Below, piece after piece: positions 58,764 to 64,000 of a stretch of 64,000 nucleotides of DNA. Numbering within the stretch: the first letter of the stretch is position 1; every line of letters starts with the position of its first letter. The position numbers were made by a program, and so were the translations under genes. The notes beneath the pieces are model-generated. The model did no database searches and was not told where the DNA came from. It worked only from the letters and a program-made list of their open reading frames with translations. The stretch spans positions 1,397-65,396 of the forward strand of contig CASFRM010000003.1 of the NCBI GenBank assembly GCA_949297185.1, read 5' to 3'. Origin of the DNA: an uncultured Pseudomonadota bacterium. GTDB lineage: Bacteria > Pseudomonadota > Alphaproteobacteria > RF32 > CAG-239.

Positions 58764-59972
58764 ATGTTTGCTCGCAATTTTAGCAGAGTTTTGTTGTCGG
58801 CTACGGCTTTGAGCTTGTTGTCGGCTTGTGCGGTAGTTGATAAACAAGATACCGCGGAAAAATCGAATTGGTTTGTTTCAATGTTTGAAAAAAGCGGGCA
58901 AGAGTATGCCGAAAAAGCAACAATGTTGTATTTGCAAGGAGATTTTGATAAATCTTTGCAGAATACCGTAGAGGCTTTGAAGGAAAATCCTCGCAACCAA
59001 CAGGCTTTGTTGGTGGGAGCTCTGGCTTCGGAAAAATTGGGAAGATATAACAGAGCCAGACAATATTACGAGGATTTGATTATAATTAACGGCGATGAAA
59101 CATCTGTTTTGGGTTCTAAGGACAGTCAACCCCATAAAATAGTTGAAACGGCTAAAAATAATTTGCGGGCAATTACAATTACGCAAAATAAATTAACCAT
59201 TGAAAACAGAGACGGTTCAAAAAGTTTTTCAATATCGGAAAAAAGCGGGGCAGAGCAGAGCAAAAATACCATAGCTGAAGCTTTAAGCAAAAAATCAATA
59301 CCGGCAGTACAAACACAACCGGTCGGAATTGATGATATATTCAACCAAAATGAACAAAATATCGTTTCTCGCTTTTTGATTTTGAAAGAATTAGCTGAGA
59401 AGGATTTGATTACCAAGGAAGAATTTTTAACCAGAAGAACGGCTAATGTCGGAGGTTTGTTGCCTTTGACCAATCCGGCTCCCGGTGTTGGCGTTATTGA
59501 GCCGGTGCCGTCGCCTGATTTGATTATTGAAAGAATTGAAATATTAAAAGACGGAGTGGAAACCAGAGCAATTACTCCAAGAGAGTTTTCGGCTGAACGC
59601 GAGGTTATTATCGAAGCTTTGATGTCGCCTAATCCCAGAGAAAGATTGAAAAACAAAGCTCCTTCCAAAAATATTTTGGATGCCGCCAAGGATTTGCGTC
59701 GTTTGGAAGTTTTGTACGAGTTGGATTTGATTACTTCAGGCGAAAAAGAAGCCGAGAAAAAAGCCATAGAGAAATATTTGGGTATCGACAGAACTCCTAA
59801 AAAACAAGAGGTAAAGACTCAAGTTAAGGCAGAGCCGGTTGTTAAGGCCAAAACAGAAGAAGTAAAGCCTGCTGTTGTTACTCCTAAGGTGGAAGAAAAA
59901 CCTATAGAGCAAGAAATAATGGCTGAGGAGATTGTTGAAATAAAAACTCCTCAAGTCAGCAGTCCATTCTAA
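58764..59972 (+). CDS. lipoprotein with N-terminal TPR-like region and SHOCT-like short repeats
   Basis: Lipobox LLSACAV and a TPR-like segment (ATMLYLQGDFDKSLQNTVEALKENPRN...). Three segments resemble SHOCT (LKELAEKDLITKEEFLTRR; AITPREFSAEREVIIEAL; LYELDLITSGEKEAEKKAI). The tail is K/E/V/P-rich. Confidence 0.55.
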   Translation: MFARNFSRVLLSATALSLLSACAVVDKQDTAEKSNWFVSMFEKSGQEYAEKATMLYLQGDFDKSLQNTVEALKENPRNQQALLVGALASEKLGRYNRARQYYEDLIIINGDETSVLGSKDSQPHKIVETAKNNLRAITITQNKLTIENRDGSKSFSISEKSGAEQSKNTIAEALSKKSIPAVQTQPVGIDDIFNQNEQNIVSRFLILKELAEKDLITKEEFLTRRTANVGGLLPLTNPAPGVGVIEPVPSPDLIIERIEILKDGVETRAITPREFSAEREVIIEALMSPNPRERLKNKAPSKNILDAAKDLRRLEVLYELDLITSGEKEAEKKAIEKYLGIDRTPKKQEVKTQVKAEPVVKAKTEEVKPAVVTPKVEEKPIEQEIMAEEIVEIKTPQVSSPF

Positions 59973-59989
59973 CCATTAGATTATGATAT

Positions 59990-60019
59990 AAAAAAACTCC
60001 GCTGTTGCGGAGTTTTTTG
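59990..60019. terminator. bidirectional rho-independent terminator
   Basis: AACTCCGC pairs with GCGGAGTT, flanked by A and T runs. Confidence 0.75.
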
Positions 60020-60023
60020 TGAG

Positions 60024-61031
60024 TTATTTGTCGGCAGCTATTTTTTGCATCTCGTGTAAACGCAGAAGTTTAATGCGTTCTAATTGTTGCTTCTTTATAT
60101 ATTTGAGATAGCCTTCGTAACTAAACAAAACAATAGCCGACAAAACCAAAGGCAATAAATAATATATTATACGGTAGGCCAGTAATGCGCCAAACAGCAT
60201 GGCTTGGTTGTGTTCGCCGGGGATGATGTACATAAACAATCCTTCAAAAACACCTAAACCTCCCGGAACCTGACTGAATACTCCAAGAACTTGAGCTATG
60301 ATAAAGACCCCTATAAATGTTTCAAAAGGAATGTCTATAAAAGAAATAAGCGAAAAATATAAAACCAAAGAAGCCATAACAATGTCGGCTGCTCCGATTA
60401 CTACTTGTGCCAAAGCCATCTTGGGGTGCGGCATATCAAATTCAATTTCTTTGATGATTAATGGCTTTTTGTACCATATGCTTAAGGCAAAGTAACCAAT
60501 CAACCCGATTAGAGATATAAGAGCTACAATTTCGGTGGTGAGCTTGGATACCGAGCCGGAGCCAAAAGCATGATTGGGGGTTATAATATAACCGATTATG
60601 ATTAGAAAAAAGCAGGCAACCAAATAAGTAAAGCCGGAGAAGGTTACCATGCGGACAATCTCGGATCCTCTGAAACGCCAACGAGTATAAAGACGATAAC
60701 GAATGGTGCCGCCGGAGACGATAGCATGGCCGGCGTTGTTGCTGACCGAAAATCCGATAAAGCCGGCAAATATCCACTTCCAGGCAGCCAATTTGCGTCC
60801 GATATAGCGCAAGGCAAGGTAATCATACGATGACAAGGCAACATAGCCGAAAAACGAGGCGGCACAAGCCATCCATAAGTTTTTGGCAGGGATGGAAAGA
60901 ATCGCTTCTTTAATATCGGCGAGGCTGTATTTGGAAAGTTGGGTATATAACATATATGCCGCTACGGCAAAAAAGAAAAGTCCGGCCCATGAAATAGCTT
61001 TTTTGATAACGCGTTTGGTTTGAAATGCCAT
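60024..61031 (-). CDS. flippase-like membrane protein (UPF0104 / lysyl-phosphatidylglycerol synthase TM-region family)
   Basis: 335 aa with about 8 TM helices. The pattern resembles the MprF N-terminal/YbhN family. No synthase domain is present. Confidence 0.6.
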   Translation of the reverse strand: MAFQTKRVIKKAISWAGLFFFAVAAYMLYTQLSKYSLADIKEAILSIPAKNLWMACAASFFGYVALSSYDYLALRYIGRKLAAWKWIFAGFIGFSVSNNAGHAIVSGGTIRYRLYTRWRFRGSEIVRMVTFSGFTYLVACFFLIIIGYIITPNHAFGSGSVSKLTTEIVALISLIGLIGYFALSIWYKKPLIIKEIEFDMPHPKMALAQVVIGAADIVMASLVLYFSLISFIDIPFETFIGVFIIAQVLGVFSQVPGGLGVFEGLFMYIIPGEHNQAMLFGALLAYRIIYYLLPLVLSAIVLFSYEGYLKYIKKQQLERIKLLRLHEMQKIAADK

Positions 61032-61223
61032 TTTTTGTTCCTTAACTTAATTAACAGTAAAAATACACTCCCTAGATATATAATGTGATTGCTATCGCTC
61101 GTCAACATTTATATAATATTTATCGGCTATATTGATGGTTTATATATAAAAATCTCCTCTGTGTGAGGAGCCGTTTGATTGGAGCATATAGCGGGAATTT
61201 TGGCTTTTTTTCTTGTTTATTTA

Positions 61224-61988
61224 TTATAACATTTGTTTTCTTATTGCAGTTTCATTGTCAAGACAGTACTCATAAGCTTTTTGCATAAATTGTGGTATGT
61301 CTGTGGAATTTTTATATATCTGAGATAAAGTTTCGAGTATGGGAACTTCATTTATTATCATTCTATAAAAATAGCTATAAACCGTGTTATTATGGTTTTT
61401 TTTCAAAAATAAGTGGCCAATATCAGTATTTTTTACGAAAGTATCAACAACCATTTCACTTAATACCCACTTAAGATTAGGGTTTTCATAATCTTTGTAG
61501 TCGTCTTTAAATGTTTGATTCCATATATAAAACCATACAAAATGAATTATTTCATGAATGGATGTTTCCATAAATTTTGTTTCATTACTTTGATAAAAGA
61601 CTGTGAAATATTTTAGTTTAAGCCAACGCGGGCATATTGGGTTTAATGAAATATCGGCTTTTAAATCATTGAACAGATTACGGCAATCAATTTTGAATGT
61701 TTGCGAGAATATTTCATTTACCTTTGTTTCGTGATTATTCCACACTGTTTGAAAAAATTTCGACTTATCCAGCAGTTCTGATTTTGTGTTTGCGTATAGC
61801 TTGGTTAGTTCTTCAGTAATATATTTTTTTCGTGATTTCCAATCAGAATTAAGTCCTTTTTCTTTATCCAAAAATGTGTATGTGGAAAATAAGGGCTCTC
61901 GCCAATATGCGGATACGGCATCTTGTTGAAATAATAAGCAACTTTCTAAGTTGGCTTTTTTATTCATTGGCTTGATTGAAAGATGCAT
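61224..61988 (-). CDS. hypothetical protein with HExxH motif
   Basis: 254 aa, very AT-rich, with SIHEIIHF (HExxH). Adjacent to tRNA-Gly. Confidence 0.5.
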   Translation of the reverse strand: MHLSIKPMNKKANLESCLLFQQDAVSAYWREPLFSTYTFLDKEKGLNSDWKSRKKYITEELTKLYANTKSELLDKSKFFQTVWNNHETKVNEIFSQTFKIDCRNLFNDLKADISLNPICPRWLKLKYFTVFYQSNETKFMETSIHEIIHFVWFYIWNQTFKDDYKDYENPNLKWVLSEMVVDTFVKNTDIGHLFLKKNHNNTVYSYFYRMIINEVPILETLSQIYKNSTDIPQFMQKAYEYCLDNETAIRKQML

Positions 61989-62035
61989 GGGTAGCTCCTT
62001 TAGAGACTAAGAAAAACAAATATTTCTTAAAATTT

Positions 62036-62109
62036 TGGAGCAGGTAACGGGAATCGAACCCGCATATTAAGCTTGGGAAGCTCACATTCTACCATTGAAT
62101 TATACCTGC
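62036..62109 (-). tRNA. tRNA-Gly (anticodon CCC)
   Basis: 74 nt. Acceptor GCAGGTA/TACCTGC plus TCCA, anticodon stem TGAGC/GCTTA with loop TTCCCAA, and T-arm GCGGG-TTCGATT-CCCGT. Confidence 0.9.
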
Positions 62110-62188
62110 ATCGATAATCAATATCTTCTCTATATTATATATTTATCATTGGCAAGATTTTTCTTTGTTTTTTAACTGTTTTAAAAAA

Positions 62189-62204
62189 TGGCACGGAAGT
62201 TGCA
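62189..62204 (+). promoter_or_regulatory. sigma-54 (-24/-12) promoter of flgFG
   Basis: TGGCACG-GAAG-TTGCA matches the TGGCACG-N4-TTGCW consensus exactly. It lies 72 nt upstream of the flgF ATG. Confidence 0.65.
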
Positions 62205-62275
62205 TATGGTTTTGCAACAGTGAAATTTTATCCGAAACTATTGGGGAATAGTTTTTAAGTTAAGGGGAAAAATTT

Positions 62276-63019
62276 ATGGATAATACTTCATATATTGCAC
62301 TTTCGCGCCAGATGGCTTTATGGAAACAAATGAATATCGTTTCTAATAATATGGCCAATATGAATACTGCCGGATATAAGCAAGATGATGTGCTTTTTAC
62401 TTCGTTTGTTAAACAAACACCAGAGGCTCAGGGAATAGCTTCGGCTCCGCAATATTTTACCATGGATTTTGCCAGCTTTCAGGATTTTGCCGAGGGAACT
62501 TTTAAGTCTACCGGTAATACTTTTGATTTGGCTATTAAGGGTGACGGCTTCTTCTGTATCGAAACCAAAGACGGGGAAAAATATACCCGCAAAGGTCAGT
62601 TTACCTTAAATGAAGACGGTGCTTTGGTTACAACCGATGGTGATTTGGTGCTTAGTGAAGCTAATGCTCCGCTTTTCTTTGCTCCGGGCGAAACCGAAAT
62701 TAGTATTTCCGAAAGCGGTGATGTAATGACTGAAAACGGTCTTATCGGCAGACTCAAAGTGGCAAAATTTGCCGATAACCAAAAATTGCTCAAAGTAGCT
62801 AATGTTTTGTTTGAAAATACCGAAGGCAATCAAATGACTATCGGCAGCGAAAATGTCAGAATCGCTCAGGGTATGGTCGAGGTTTCTAATGTAAATGCCA
62901 TCACTGAAATGACAAATCTGGTAAAAATTCAACGCAGTTACGATTATGTTCAGCAAATGATTGATGAAGAACATGACCGTTTGTCCAATACAATTTCAAC
63001 TTTTGCCGAACTGGCTTAA
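62276..63019 (+). CDS. flgF: flagellar basal-body rod protein FlgF
   Basis: N-terminal rod motif (SNNMANMNTAGYK) and the C-terminal conserved SNVN...EMTNLV..QR.Y. Confidence 0.9.
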   Translation: MDNTSYIALSRQMALWKQMNIVSNNMANMNTAGYKQDDVLFTSFVKQTPEAQGIASAPQYFTMDFASFQDFAEGTFKSTGNTFDLAIKGDGFFCIETKDGEKYTRKGQFTLNEDGALVTTDGDLVLSEANAPLFFAPGETEISISESGDVMTENGLIGRLKVAKFADNQKLLKVANVLFENTEGNQMTIGSENVRIAQGMVEVSNVNAITEMTNLVKIQRSYDYVQQMIDEEHDRLSNTISTFAELA

Positions 63020-63040
63020 TTTTTTGAGGGGAATAATAAA

Positions 63041-63829
63041 ATGAGATCTTTACAAATAGGTGCTACCGGTATGTTGGCTCAACAAACCAATGTTGATACA
63101 ATAGCCAACAACATCGCCAATATGAATACTACGGCTTATACCAAAAGAAGAGCCGAGTTCAGTGATTTGCTTTATCAAAATATCGTGCGTCCGGGGTCAG
63201 CTTCAACAGCTGATAATACTATCGTTCCGGCCGGTATTCAGATGGGACTTGGTGTAAGAACTTCGGCTATATACAGAATTACCGAAGGCGGTTCTTTGAC
63301 CTCGACCGGAAATGATTTGGATTTGGCTATCAGAGGCAGAGGATATTTTACCATTGAATTGCCTGAAGGTAAGGGAACAGCTTATACTCGCGACGGTGCT
63401 TTTCAGAGAAACGGCGACGGTACAATTGTTACTCATGACGGCTATATCGTACAGCCGGAAATTACAATTCCGGAAGATGCTACCGAAGTTTATGTAAATA
63501 GCTCAGGTGAAGTGTGGGTTAAACAAGACGGCGAAACCGATGAGGTTAATGTCGGACAGCTTGAGTTGGCAACTTTTGTGAATGAGGCCGGTTTGGAAGC
63601 TTTGGGTGATAACTTGTTTGTTGAAACCGAAGCTTCGGGTGCTCCGGTAATTGATAACCCCGATGCCGAAGGTTTTGGTTCTATTTTGCAAGGTTATCTC
63701 AATACATCAAATGTTAATCCTGTAACCGAAATTACCGAATTGGTATCGGCTCAACGCGCTTATGAAATGAATTCTAAAATCATAACCACCGCCGATGCAA
63801 TGTTGAGTACTATTAACCAAATGAAGTAG
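63041..63829 (+). CDS. flgG: flagellar basal-body rod protein FlgG
   Basis: 262 aa with [34 protein letters not shown] and [27 protein letters not shown]. Confidence 0.95.
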   Translation: [262 protein letters not shown]

Positions 63830-63840
63830 GGTGATTGATT

Positions 63841-64000
63841 ATGCGTTGGGTAATGGTTTTAACTTTTGTTTTGTCATTTGCTTCTGCGGCTTTGGCTCAA
63901 ACATCCCTCAAGTTTGGCTTAGATGATGTTGTGGAAGCTTTGCAAAATGAGTTTGTTGAACAAGGTGTTGATGGTGATGTCGAAATTGAAATATTCGGCG
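63841..64000 (+). CDS. flgA: probable flagellar P-ring chaperone FlgA, 5' fragment running off the window
   Basis: ATG at 63841 opens a frame that stays open to the window end. It has a signal peptide (MRWVMVLTFVLSFASAALA). The call rests mainly on the conserved flgF-flgG-flgA order. Confidence 0.5.
   Translation, partial: MRWVMVLTFVLSFASAALAQTSLKFGLDDVVEALQNEFVEQGVDGDVEIEIFG

Overview
This is an AT-rich bacterial chromosomal window. All family calls come from reading motifs by eye; no searches were run. Gene content suggests a low-GC, host-associated alphaproteobacterium, based on rpsF-rpsR-rplI without priB, an MJ0042-type zinc-ribbon protein next to ftsEX, a flgF-flgG-flgA operon behind a sigma-54 promoter, xseB-ispA, hslVU and apaG. 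That taxonomic placement is an inference.

Most of the window is densely packed housekeeping genes:
- RNA and translation: cca, tadA, rluB, rsmD, rnd, aspS, rpsU, rpsF/rpsR/rplI, tig.
- DNA repair and replication: recJ, uvrA, ssb, recX, comM.
- Cell division, envelope and lipid: ftsEX, plsC, aas, a fadL-family porin.
- Proteostasis and metabolism: hslO, hemW, hslUV, ndk, pta-ackA.
- Two tRNAs, Leu-TAG and Gly-CCC.

The left end (1-5000) looks accessory. It holds a small Cys-rich membrane peptide, an orphan terminator-ended RNA candidate, an XRE regulator, a nested array of GC-rich palindromes and a four-gene glycan-modification operon (DUF115-like, GT2, GT8, methyltransferase-like). That operon is preceded by a roughly 190-nt structured leader or sRNA candidate.

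I found no recognisable defence system, prophage, transposase, CRISPR array or rRNA. The items most worth follow-up are:
- an orphan HydE-type radical SAM gene co-transcribed with a TetR regulator, divergent from aas and near fadL;
- a DUF4065 (Panacea-like) gene 12 bp upstream of an exported DUF192 protein that carries six near-identical 13-aa tandem repeats;
- the structured RNA candidates at 4805-4995 and 425-656;
- the palindrome array at 915-1380;
- a 647-aa lipoprotein whose trypsin-like domain has all three catalytic residues replaced;
- an Arg-rich micro-ORF plus terminator in the leader of a GNAT gene;
- several orphan proteins.

None of these can be shown from sequence alone to be a new system.
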